A DNA stretch of 61,814 nt, filler included, from Squatina squatina (taxonomy: Eukaryota): the NCBI GenBank assembly GCA_031763465.1. It is 4 parts of 4 records of this genome, joined end to end, with 100 filler letters (N's around TTAATTAATTAA, not from the genome) between each part and the next. Parts side by side here need not be neighbours in the genome. Positions count along the whole stretch, not along the records: positions 1 to 14,034 come from JARFOE010000230.1; 3 more parts are not named here. One strand, given 5' to 3'. Below the pieces are notes generated by a model. It had not been told where the DNA came from and did no database searches. It worked only from the letters and a program-made list of their open reading frames with translations. Both the position numbers and the translations under genes were made by a program. Shown in pieces: positions 1-11,992 of this stretch. Position 1 is the first letter of the stretch; each line of letters begins with the position of its first letter.

Positions 1-2658
1 TCTTTGTAATGAATAAACTAGATGCTTTAAAGTCTTTTGCTTAATTGCTGAGATACAAGATCCTTCCTGTAATTATAAAAGCTTCTTATGTCATCTGCTT
101 TCCTAATTGCAAGCAAGTAAATGGTTTTAGTAAGCAGCACTGCTGTGTGTGTGGACTCCATCTAGGCACTATTTCTGTTTGAAACTGTCAGCAGTTTTCT
201 AGGTTGTTCTTGTAGAAGCAACACTGGACCCCAATAGTCTACAGGACGTAGTTTTCTATCCATGCTGTGTTATTACTCGGATTTCAGTAAAGTTTATTTC
301 AGATGTAAAATTTTCATCAAGAGTACAATTACAGACTTTGAACTTCCACATTTGGAGTGTACCTTGAGAGTGCATTTTGAACTACGTTACATTCGGGTGA
401 AGTGCTAGTGGGTACTGTTCAATTTGAGATGAAAAATGAAGTCTGCAACCCAGCATTGATGCATAGTGGCTTAAGTGCAATTTTCCTTTTAGTGCATTGT
501 TACTAATAAATATACACATGACATCACTGCGTGCTAGCTGAACCAACCAAAAGACAATGTTTGCCGATGAGAAATTAGGTGCAAAAGTTCAGACTCGGTA
601 CTGTTCCCCCTTCCCCTGCCCCCACTACTCTCCTTCCAACANNNNNNNNNNNNNNNNNNNNNNNNNNNNNNNNNNNNNNNNNNNNNNNNNNNNNNNNNNN
701 NNNNNNNNNNNNNNNNNNNNNNNNNNNNNNNNNNNNNNNNNCCTTACTAAAGCTGGTTATGCTATTAGTATCACAGCTCCTTCCCCCTTGTTCTTCAGAC
801 ATGTGGTAAATGTGTGTACAACTTTATACTTTAATCTGGGTTGCACTAAATCATTAAGACAGGCAGGACAGTTATTTATGTTCAGTGGAAAATGCAATCT
901 AGGGCAACCCCTTCCAAGAAAGCAATTGCCAAATTAGGTAACTAGAAATGTTCACAGTCATTTAACTGGGGCAATTCCACAAACTGGACTAGTTTCAAAT
1001 ATTCCCACATGGGGGAAAGAATCTTCAAGACTGATACAGAACATTACTGTAAAATGAGTCGTGATTTTCCAGAAATATATATATATTTTAGTTAAGGAAT
1101 CATTTCATCTTGAATTTTCTCTTCCGGAATGATTAGCTAAAGAGTCCTTTAAAGGGCTACTGCAGTGGGCCTCAAGGAGACAAGACTTGAAGGAAGAAGT
1201 TTCTCTTCAAAGTCCCATTTTCACAAATATTGGTCTCCTCCACATAACAGTTTCACATCCTACCCCTCACTTGGTTTGTGGGATGGGAAGATGCAGGTTA
1301 ACTCTGATCAGACCAAAAAAAAAAGAATGGAATACACAGTGCTTGGGATGGGGAAAGAGTGTTGATTTAATTGTGAGATCTTCAAATACTGTTACACAAT
1401 GCTTCAAGGAAAAGAGGCACAGGCTATCTCCCAAATTTTGTCCAAAATGAGTCTGACCCACAGGAATAAATGTTGTCTTCATTGCATGGATAGTAATCTG
1501 ATGGAGCAGATCAGATAACTCACCCATTATAGAACATATCCAATTTTTATTCCATTGAAATCGGATTGAAGATCGGATGGGTTTCATCACGGGGTGGGGT
1601 TGGTGGCAGTGGTTGCTCCACTGGATTAATGCCCATGTGATGAAAATGAAAATTTACCACATAGTGTAACAAGAGCTTTCTTTGGAGAATAAGATCATTT
1701 GCAATTCGCTTATTAATTTGCCTTTACAGATATTAACACTCTGATATTGTTGTGACATTTTTGGAAGAGTTTACTTTGATATTATGGCCTCAACTTCCAT
1801 TACATAATACTACATTTGATGTTTTTGTGTTGTGTGCGTCTAAAAATCCTGTCCATTTTTNNNNNNNNNNNNNNNNNNNNNNNNNNNNNNNNNNNNNNNN
1901 NNNNNNNNNNNNNNNNNNNNNNNNNNNNNNNNNNNNNNNNNNNNNNNNNNNNNNNNNNNNTAACTTGAAAGATTATGTTTTACCAAGATAGCAATTTATG
2001 AGGTTGCGGAGATAATATGGAATACAGAAAATTGATATATAAATTATATATAATTTATAAAACATATTATATATATTGAAATACAATTTGGCAGTAACTG
2101 GACTGCAATGTGCATATTTCAGGAAAATGCAGCAATAATGTCTCGCAGTTTTGGAACTACAAAAACTAATCATGTTAATTGATTTATTGCAGTATCCTAA
2201 ATGGCATTTGCAAAAAGCACAATGAATGTGATTCATCACAAGAATTCCCAAAGGGGCTGGCCATTTATTTTAAGTAAGCACATGTTTTGTACGGTACACT
2301 GTAGTACTGAGCTTAGAAGCTTAAAGCCCTCCAAAAAATAATTTAAAAAATTTTTGCAACACAAAGGGATAAGATGTATTAGAAATTACATTTAAAATTG
2401 ATTAGCGGAAGCTTGAAAATCTGTGTCCATTTCTGCATAAGGCTGCTTGCATTCCATATTTACGGGTCAATATTTGTTGAAGGCATTCCGAAATNNNNNN
2501 NNNNNNNNNNNNNNNNNNNNNNNNNNNNNNNNNNNNNNNNNNNNNNNNNNNNNNNNNNNNNNNNNNNNNNNNNNNNNNNNNNNNNNNNNNNNNNCAGGAG
2601 AAGCCACCGTTAGTTGTGCTGGGAGAGATCGCAGGAGAGTCAGAAGCCCGATTGCTTG

Positions 2659-2692
2659 CACACACAAACACACACACACACACACACACACA
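2659..2692 (+). repeat. (CA)n microsatellite immediately 5' of the SHISA6 start codon
   Basis: cacacacaaacacacacacacacacacacacaca followed by gagATG. Confidence 0.95.
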
Positions 2693-2695
2693 GAG

Positions 2696-3255
2696 ATGCA
2701 GCACCTTCTACTCTTCCTCGTCTACATGGACCCGTTGAACCTGCTGCTCTGTGCAGGAAGGACGCGGAACAACAGGACGCTGGCATCTCCCCGGCGACAG
2801 GGGGGCTACCCTTCCAAGGGGCAGCAGATCAACACCACCGCTGTCGTGCCGGTGCTGCAGATCAACAGGATGAAGCCCCTGGTCCTGCAGCACTCGGAGA
2901 AGTGCCGGGGGCACTACGACGTGGCCGGCCAGTGGGACCCCGACTTCGAATGCAACAAAACCTCCTACAATTACTGCTGTGGCACTTGCTACATGCGCTA
3001 CTGCTGCCAGGACAAGAACTACCGGCTGGAGCAAAACGGTTGCAAAAACTACGTGACCCCGAAAGTGGAAATTCAAGTCACCACCGACCCGGATCGGGAC
3101 GAGTTGGAGAACGTGTACGACCCGAGTAAGGACAAGACCAACAGCACCGTCTACATCACCTGCGGGGTGATCGCATTTGTGATTATCGCTGGGGTTTTTG
3201 ATAAAGTTGCCTACGATAAAGCGACCCGACCTCCCCGTGAAATGAACGTGTCCAG
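2696..3255 (+). CDS. SHISA6: SHISA6 (CKAMP52) coding exon 1: signal peptide, Cys-rich extracellular domain, TM helix
   Basis: ATG at 2696. Translation MQHLLLFLVYMDPLNLLLCAG...CRGHYDVAGQWDPDFECN...YCCGTCYMRYCC...YDPSKDKTNSTVYITCGVIAFVIIAGVFDKVAYDKATRPPREMNVS matches the Shisa6-9 Cys pattern and the SHISA6 juxtamembrane sequence. CpG-rich; donor AG|gtaaga at 3255/3256. Confidence 0.9.
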
Positions 3256-3803
3256 GTAAGAGCAAGATTTCAGGGATTTCTTTTGGGATTGAGAAGGTGA
3301 AGAGCCGCATCAATGGTTTTCAAACTCGCGTGTGACAGAGAAACCTCTTGTAAACGGGTTACNNNNNNNNNNNNNNNNNNNNNNNNNNNNNNNNNNNNNN
3401 NNNNNNNNNNNNNNNNNNNNNNNNNNNNNNNNNNNNNNNNNNNNNNNNNNNNNNNNNNNNNNAAAATTTAAAAAGCCACATCTGCAAATTGATCGCTGTT
3501 AGTAACCGCCACTGCATTAACTATCACACCGAAACTTGTTGATTAAAATGGGTATAACATTTTTATGAATTACCCCTGCTGATGATGCAGCAAGGGTTGT
3601 CTACAAGTAACTATACCAGTAGTTATACAATGGTCTTTCATCCAGTCACAGCCTTAAATTCGAATACTCACTATTCAACCAATCAGCAAATATTGATCTA
3701 GGCAATTCTATCTGAAAAACTCAGAAACACTGGGGCACTAATAGCAAATGACATAAATACCCTGTACTTTGTTTCAAACCTTATTTTCTGTGACATTTCA
3801 CAG

Positions 3804-3961
3804 GGCCTTGGCAGACATTTTACGAAACCAGGGACCGATTCCAGTACCACACTACGAGAGAGAGAATATGACTGCAATAGATGGATCGCCCAAGGATAAC
3901 TCGCCTGTTAGAACCTCCAAAAACCACTTTACACCAGTGCGAACATCCAAGGGCAATCATG
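3804..3961 (+). CDS. SHISA6: SHISA6 coding exon 2 (cytoplasmic tail start)
   Basis: Acceptor tttcacag| at 3803, phase-2 compatible with exon 1. Reads (R)ALADILRNQGPIPVPHYERENMTAIDGSPKDNSPVRTSKNHFTPVRTSKGNH, against recalled human RALADILRQQGPIPIAHCERETISAIDTSPKENTPVR. Donor G|gtaagc at 3961/3962. Confidence 0.9.
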
Positions 3962-5119
3962 GTAAGCAGAACTTCATCCAGAAACTGAGTTCTTACTTGT
4001 ATTTTGTGATTCATTGAAACAATAGAGTTCTGCTAAAGTATTTGCCACAGTGTCTCAACAAGGCAGTAGTGAATGAAAAACTGTAGATCATGTGCCTTGT
4101 AATACACAAGGCACGGCTTTCGAGCGAGATAAGCTGAGGTCTAAATCAGACCTCAGTGCACTAAAACCTGGACAAGTACACACATTTGAGTTTGAGCTTA
4201 TTGTCATTATGACTATTGCTTATTTATGAATTTATTTTCAATTGGGCTGCAGCGACTGCTAATTGAGACAGATCGGAGTTATACCGTAACAGGCACCTTG
4301 CTGCAATTGCACTGAGGACAGTGACAAAGGGGGCACTTCTCATGTGTGCTTGGACTCGTGTGCAGAGCTCTGTTCCCCAGTAGCTAATTTTTCATGTTTG
4401 GAGAGGGTGGTCAGTAATGGCCATTTTCTTAGTCACACCAAAATGATTGAAACATAAAATTCTAAAGTTTCTAGGAGGTCGAGTGAACCACCTGGGCACT
4501 TTCAACATGCTCCTTTGCATCCTGTGCAAAACCAAATGAACCTCTCCTCTGCTGAGGATCGTCTTGCGGCTTCAGTGCATCTGGGATCCAGGCTGGGAAC
4601 TGACTTCCACAATACATTGCCACTTTCTCGTTGATGCACACCCAAACCTACTGTGCATTAACATGAAGGTGACTGTTTAACTGTAACCTTATTGTACTTT
4701 GGCACAGTGCAATAAAATGTTTTGAGGCTGGATGAAACTGCATATCAGGGGTTTACAACAGTTCTTAATCAGGATACATCTCATTTGCTATCTTTAATTA
4801 GGAGCCACAATTTACTGTAAGCCATAGCCGCATATTGACAAAATACAAGTCAGGCTATTAATAACTCACTTATATTTCAGAATTGTTTCTACTCTACAAC
4901 AGTCTTCCAAAATTTGAAGAATCAGTGATGCATCTCCTTGTCAACTTTTCCTTAGTGATTACGGTCTTTCTCTCTTCACCCATTCCAAAAATAAAACTGT
5001 GTCAGTCTAACAATTGTCTTCAGTTCTCAATGTTCCATACCAGTAATTCCAAATATTAACCTCCAGGGGAATATGAAACAGGCAGCACCTGAAGTAAAAG
5101 GAAAACAAAAAAAACCTAA

Positions 5120-5470
5120 TAATTAGGTCATAACACTGTCCTTGTACTTCAGGGATCTGAGTTCAAATCCAGTCTAGACTCTTGGGATGAAAGCTTTTTA
5201 CTTCCAGCTGCCTCGAAAAGTCCTACGCGTTAACCCAGTTTGTAGTGGAGGCGAGTTAGCAGCACAGAGCTATCCATCATTCAGCACTAAGTTATCGTTA
5301 TATTGGCAATTTTGATCCGGGAGCAAGGAGGATGGCTGAGGTGGGAAATGGCAGTGTGCCAGTGGCATGGTACCAGTGCTGCTCTGAGAATGGCGTAAAG
5401 GTGCATTGTTATGGCAACGTGGGATGAAGATTTATTCTGTGTCTGGCCTGTACCATGCCTAAGCTCATCT
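5120..5470 (+). mobile_element. Degenerate tRNA-derived SINE, LF-SINE-related
   Basis: B-box-like gagttcaaatccag at about 5159. Body cccagtttgtagtgga...cagcacagagc...catcattcagcactaa...ttggcaa resembles the recalled LF-SINE core, and the 3' part resembles the LF-SINE tail. Confidence 0.6.
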
Positions 5471-5770
5471 GTTTAAGATCGTAAACTTGGTTAAAAAAAG
5501 GAGTTCAAATTTGAATTATGCTTGGATTTTTAAGAAATGGGAGCCAGATGATAATAAACGTTTTTTAATAAAATAAATTGCATATACTTATGTACAAATA
5601 TCCATTCAAATAAGATGGCCCATAAGTTCTTGGGAGGTTGTGCTTCACTCAGTACTGTTAACTTCGCAGTTACATAAGCACATATAAGACTTATTACAGG
5701 TGTTCTGCAATATATCAATATAATAATAAGTCTTTAAAATCTTGTTTCTTTCATCAAGGCTTACTGGGTC

Positions 5771-6068
5771 ACATAAGAACAGGAGTAGGCCTTTCAGCCC
5801 CTCGAGCCTGTTTGGCCATTCAGTTAGATCATGACTGATCTGTACCTCAATTCCACTTCCCCACCTTTGCTTCATATCCTGTGGTAGTCTTACCTAAAAA
5901 AAAAATCTACCGATGTCAGTCTTGAAATGTTCAATTGACCTAGCCTTTTGGAGAAGATTTCCATTACCCTTTGTGTGAAAAAGTGATTCCTGATTTGATT
6001 CTTGAATGGCCTTGTTCTAATTTTAAGTTTATGACGTCTTGCTCTGAATTCAACCACCAGAAGAAATA
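5771..6068 (-). mobile_element. CR1/L2-type LINE 3' fragment
   Basis: Typical tail acataagaacaggagtaggcc...cagcccctcgagcctg; minus-strand translation HKLKIRTRPFKNQIRNHFFTQRV. Confidence 0.85.
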
Positions 6069-6485
6069 GGGCGGCCAATTCGGGTTTTTAAAGTTTCTGG
6101 CGCTAAGTGTTGAATTTAGTGCTGGAAATGGGACTCTTTGAAAATTTTCAGTGAAGNNNNNNNNNNNNNNNNNNNNNNNNNNNNNNNNNNNNNNNNNNNN
6201 NNNNNNNNNNNNNNNNNNNNNNNNNNNNNNNNNNNNNNNNNNNNNNNNNNNNNNNNAGCTGGCCACAGTTAAACCTGCAAAGCATGTCAAATCCAAGGCT
6301 TGCAGCCTGAGTGTCATATTTAAAGTGCCAATCTGCCTCCTGGGGGCGGGTTGGCTGCCCGCCCCCCATCCCGCCTCCGTTAGTGGGTAAGGTAGAAGCA
6401 GGTTCTGGTTGGGATTCCGTTTTTTAACACTTTAGCTTCCCAGTCGACCCCAACCTGCGCACTGTTGGGGTTAAAATTCCCCCCT
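6069..6485. mobile_element. Harbinger-type non-autonomous DNA transposon ends (gap inside, possibly two elements)
   Basis: Starts gggcggccaatt...agtttctggcgctaag, matching the terminus of the Myb-encoding element at about 42510. The far end ggggttaaaattcccccc matches the GGGG.AATTTTAAC end seen at about 20797. Confidence 0.6.
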
Positions 6486-9400
6486 ATATTTCTTTAAATG
6501 GAATTAGAGGAAGTTTTTTAAAATCAGAGCAAGAGAATTAAACCTGGCTCATAGTGCTAGCTCGGAGCTGAACTGAAGCCAAATCTGAATGATTTGGGTC
6601 TCATCAATAATTGAAACACTCACAAAGGTAGCGTATTTGCTTTATTTATATGGTCTTAATATCCTGTCAATGGAAACACAGATAAGCTCCCCAGTCCAAC
6701 CTGTGGCAGTAAAGAAAAGTGCAAAATGGCCTCCTGCTACTGTTCAATGCGTGGTTTTAATGGGACTTGCAATGAGTTGGGCTCCTCTCCTCATCTTTGA
6801 AAATGGAGCTGAGAATCTGGATTCTTTCTTTGAAAACTCTGCATGCGTGGTCTGGTAGAAATCATTTCCTCACTTTTGCCAGCTCCCTTTTACACTGATG
6901 AGATGAGTCCAATTCAATATAAATCCTGTTAAATCAGTGGCAGCGAGGGTGGGAGGCTGACAGCCATGATTTCTCACTTGCGCCTCCATAAATCTTCACA
7001 TCAATGAAACCAGCAACATGAAGTGGTGCCTTCAGACTCTCAGACCGTGATTCCAAAAACACAGCTCTGAGTAGAAACGATTGAATTCTCTGCCCTTCTT
7101 CCCATAATTACAGTAACGTGTTAAATCATTCATAAATAGTCTCATTAAGCTCTTTTGTAACATCATTAACACTTTTAATTAGTTAACATTAGCAACACAA
7201 ACAAATATGTTGCCAAGAGCACTTTACTAATCCTTACATGGAGGTGTTAAAGGCCCTATCCACCATCCTTTGGCAGTTTTCAGCTAGTGGCCTACAAGCC
7301 TGGTCAACACTACTACTAAAGGAAGCTGAGATTTTATATGGAGAATGTCATCATCTGTTTAATATCTTGGTGCAAAGAATCAGTGGTCTGATTAATCTCG
7401 CACACTACTTATCAGCAGAGTTGCCAGCAGTACATGGAGATCCTTGTGTCTATTGTAGCATCTTGCACTTTGGCCTTTACATTTTTGGATTTTTTTTTGT
7501 GCACATTTTCTAGCTGCGAATTCATTTTTCTTTTTAAGCTTTCTTTCGCTTCCCCCAACAATTTTGGTGCAAATGGCAACTCCTGCTGCAGCGCTCCGAG
7601 AGGTTCCGGGATCGACCTCCAGACTGGGCTCTCAGCTGATCTCAGGACGGTCACAGGTGTGGCTAAAATAGGCCTCAAACTCCCAGGCTACAGAGCTGGT
7701 GAGAGTTGGGAGGGCAGAGGGCGGTGGGGGGGGGCGCAATAAAAAAGAAATCAGCAAGCGTTTCTGTTCACTGGGTTATTACCTAAAGGTTACTGATATA
7801 CGTGTTTTGTGCGGAATAGGGCATGGGCAGGATGCTGCTCAGCTATGATGTCCCCTGCCCCCACCGTGGAAATAGCTTGCTGGCTGTCGCTTTCTATGCA
7901 CCCACATAAAGATTGACCACCTGGATGAGCTACCTGAGTGCAGTTGGCATCCATGCAACTGCATTTCTGCATCAATCAACATTGTCAGAAGAATGGGGAA
8001 AAAATTGGAGATGGAAAAGTACAAAATATCCTCTTTTTTTTAAAAACAATGGATCTTCTTGAGTAATGTGGGAGGGCCTTGGTGAAACCCCAGCAGNNNN
8101 NNNNNNNNNNNNNNNNNNNNNNNNNNNNNNNNNNNNNNNNNNNNNNNNNNNNNNNNNNNNNNNNNNNNNNNNNNNNNNNNNNNNNNNNNNNNNNNNCAAT
8201 GACGAGCCCCCATCTTTTTAGCCAGCTGCCTTGTCTTTTCCTGCACAGTCCAGAGGCTCAGTCACAAGATAAGCAGAAAAACTCTGATGTAATTTAGTCC
8301 TGAGCTTGAGTGTGTTGCATAGTGTGCTTACCAGTTGCAAGGTCCATTCAGTTCAGTTCCGCTTATTTTAATGTTGCTTTCTACCGCATCGAGTGCATCT
8401 CAGCTGCTTGACACTGTCCATTCCCTGAGGAGAAGGCAACCATCTGACGTATCTCACATTTTCTGCTGCTTTTACTAGGCATTTCTCAGCTGGTAATTAA
8501 ATTTGGTGTAGAACTATCACCAGACCTAAACCTTAGCTAGAAACGTAACACATTATTTGTAAACTCAACACTTTACTGAAATTGCCACTTCTATAGACAC
8601 TGGGGTTGCAACTGGTCCTCATTGCACCCATTTTCTGGGTGAAAAACCCTGGCAGAAAGGTCCAATTTAAGGGGACAACCTCCCATGCTTGAGAAGTGTT
8701 AAGAACATGTCCAACGCCACATTGGTTCGGGTAGTGTAGAGCTGCCTCTGGATCAGCCTAAAACAGACATTCGGCCACTTGAGTATACCAGTGAAGTGAC
8801 CAACTCCTGTTTTAGGAACCATTCCTGAAATTCATTTGCCTTTCCGGCTCATAGGGACCACAGGCGGTCGCCATCAATGAGGTAAGTTCTCCCACTCCTC
8901 GCATTACTGTGGGCTGCTCTCCACCTCTGCTCATCCCCCATCCTGATTGCCTCCCCTTCCGCTTTCCTCACAGGACCTAGCTGAGCATTGCAGCAGCCTG
9001 ACATTCACCCTTGCTTTGCTGGCGAGTTACTTTGGAGGATTCGAAGTTTAGATGTCTGCAGCTCGCCAGACTTATTGTAATGAGGTCCAAGCTTCAATGT
9101 TGATCCGTCTTCAAGCCTACATGTTCCAGCGCAGGGGATGTTCCCTGTGCCCAGTTCCAGGCCAAAGTGTCATCGAGAAAAACAGAGAGAAAAAGAGAGA
9201 GGCTGGACTATCTCATTTCGACTCAGTTTTTAAGTTATTTTTAAAAGACAATGTCCAAATCCCTCTGCCAAGGAAAAGTTCAAGGGCTCCCATTAATTCA
9301 AAACTAAAATGACGAATTCATCTTCTGATGACTTCCAGAAAGACAACTGGCCAAACACTTCCCCCCACCACCACCCCATCTCATATTGCCCCAATAAGAT

Positions 9401-11968
9401 TTCGGCAGTATTCTGATGATGTTGCTGCAAGTTTGTGACATAAAACCATATTTAGCTGTTTCCTATAAACTGATAATGACACCACGTGAGATTTTGTCTG
9501 AGGGATAGAAAATCCAGGCTTTAAAGCAAAAGATAACATGGGCTATATTTTCTGGCCCAGATCTGCACTCATTCTTAAGCACCACTTGGGGTTTTGAGGA
9601 TTCGTTTTATTTTAGACGATCGACGGTACGGGCGGGTACATGATAAATATTTCTGACTTCAACTTGTGAAGTCAATTTGGAACAATACATAAACTCTGGA
9701 GAGAAACTCTCCAGGGAATATGGGCGCAAAGATATGAAGTTCAACATTTTATATCATGATTGCTACTGGATTCAATATGAATGATTTGGAAGTCACTTCA
9801 ATACATATGTTGTGGTCTAGATACAGACTTCAGAATTCAGTTTGGCATAGCAGTGGACATAAGGGAAGTTTCTTTTGCATGTTAACGCAGTCCTGAGCTC
9901 GGCAAAGAACGCAAATGTTATGTCTGCATATAGTGTGCTTAAATAGACTGGATATTGAGAAACTGGAAAATCCATTTCCTTTAATAGCTCACCCAGTTTG
10001 GGGAAGTGTAGGATCAAGAAAGCATTTAGCTTAGAAGCTGATCTTTCAAACACTTTGCATCACTTCTCACTTGTGCTGGGTCTCCAGTTCTGGTGTAACA
10101 AAACATGGTTATTTACACAATTCTATTATTTTTAATGGACTTTGAATGGAAATCGCATCTCTAAATGATAGGGGAAGAATGGAAATGAGTTGAAATACAA
10201 TACCGTTACAACCATATTATTCACTCCAGGGGAAATGGTGATCAAAATACATTTACTGTGGCAGTTGTAATTGGAGCAATCTTTTCTGAAGCCCCATTGA
10301 GAGGCCACTGGACCCCTAGGGAATTTTTATGGATGGTAGCTAGGGCAGCTTAACCTTCAATCACACAGCCATAATCATACATGACATTCACTAGCAATGG
10401 GTTCAATCCATCATGAATGATTAATCACAGACTCTTCCTCAGTCAGGTCAGAAAGGGGTTTGATAGTAGGGGCCTTACTACATATCTATTCCCAACTTTG
10501 AACCCCTGAAGATTTCACAGCCTAGACTTATGGAAATGCTACAGAGATAAAAATATGTCACACAGCTGGATTCTGATATCCCTAAATAGAAATTTGTTGG
10601 CATCCAATTTCAGGCAACTAGGTAGCGATGTGGCCTAAGTGCAGACTCAAACTGAGNNNNNNNNNNNNNNNNNNNNNNNNNNNNNNNNNNNNNNNNNNNN
10701 NNNNNNNNNNNNNNNNNNNNNNNNNNNNNNNNNNNNNNNNNNNNNNNNNNNNNNNNACTACAGCTCTTGGGATCCATAGGCTGGATGTTAGCAGGACCAT
10801 TAGTTGACATTACTTAATAATATTGAGAAAAATAAAGTTCCCTCAAGGTATTGTGGGATTTATTTGTTGTAGAAGTAGTGCATGGACATAGATTTCGAAA
10901 AATAGTTCTTCCTTTTTACTAATCGCGTTCATTTGACCAGATAAACGATTCCGTCAACTCCTGATTTTCATGCTAATAAAATATACTCATGCATCATTAC
11001 AATACATGTCCTCTTATTTTCAACAAATGAGAGTTGGCACAAATTGGAAAATTCGACCATAGGATGGCCAGTCTCTTTTCTGTTGTCGCTTTTTCATTAC
11101 ATAGCCATGTCGGAGCAGAAACTGCCATCAAGCTTGTTCCCTTCACAGACCATGCACAATTGTGGAATCTACCCAACTCATTGAAACCTCCTGATTTAGA
11201 TGGCCAACCCAAGAGTTATAGCTTGCGTAAAGATAAAGCTCCTATGAAATTCTTCTCAACAATCTAAAGTAATCAGGGTAAATCCTAGGATATCAACCTC
11301 AATTTACAACCCACACTATTCAACTCCGGCCAGTTGCATTCTACAGATGACACTTTCCACTGTCTCAGTCGAACAAGAGTGTTTGATCATCTATATCCGT
11401 GAAGCATGAGCAACTGCTTGTAAAAAATTGTGGTGACAAGAGCATCAATCAAGAACAGGACGTCAGAGGCATGGGGGTAGGGAAAGTAAGTCACAACCAG
11501 TGTGTGGGATATGGCTGGGCACCAGGCGACTTGTTTAGAATCATCATAACACCTCCAGATTCACAAGGCTTAAGCATTAGCCCTATGGCACTGCCCTCTG
11601 CTCCCTCGCTGGGTAAGCTGCCCTTACGCCGAACATGTCAAANNNNNNNNNNNNNNNNNNNNNNNNNNNNNNNNNNNNNNNNNNNNNNNNNNNNNNNNNN
11701 NNNNNNNNNNNNNNNNNNNNNNNNNNNNNNNNNNNNNNNNNNGCGGGATCAGAGCAGCAATTGGACCCACTGTCAACCAGTGCCATTTTGCCAGTGGGGA
11801 CACCCGAAAAACCTGCCCTCTGAGTGCTGGCAAAATGCAGGCTAATATGTGTTAGCAAGAGCCCTTCAAACGAATCATATGAAAGGTTCAATGCTCAGCC
11901 AGTTTGTTACTCTAGAATGACTACTGTAAGACTGCCCCTGCCATATAGGTAATTTGCACTGATGTGGC

Positions 11969-11992
11969 GTGTGTGTGTGTGTGTGTGTGTGT
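11969..11992 (+). repeat. (GT)n microsatellite
   Basis: Direct dinucleotide run. Confidence 0.95.

Noticed and set aside
2614-3313. Alternative-frame (171 aa) and antisense (201 aa) ORFs over SHISA6 exon 1
   Set aside because: Expected by-products of a GC3-rich coding exon; no recognisable domain.
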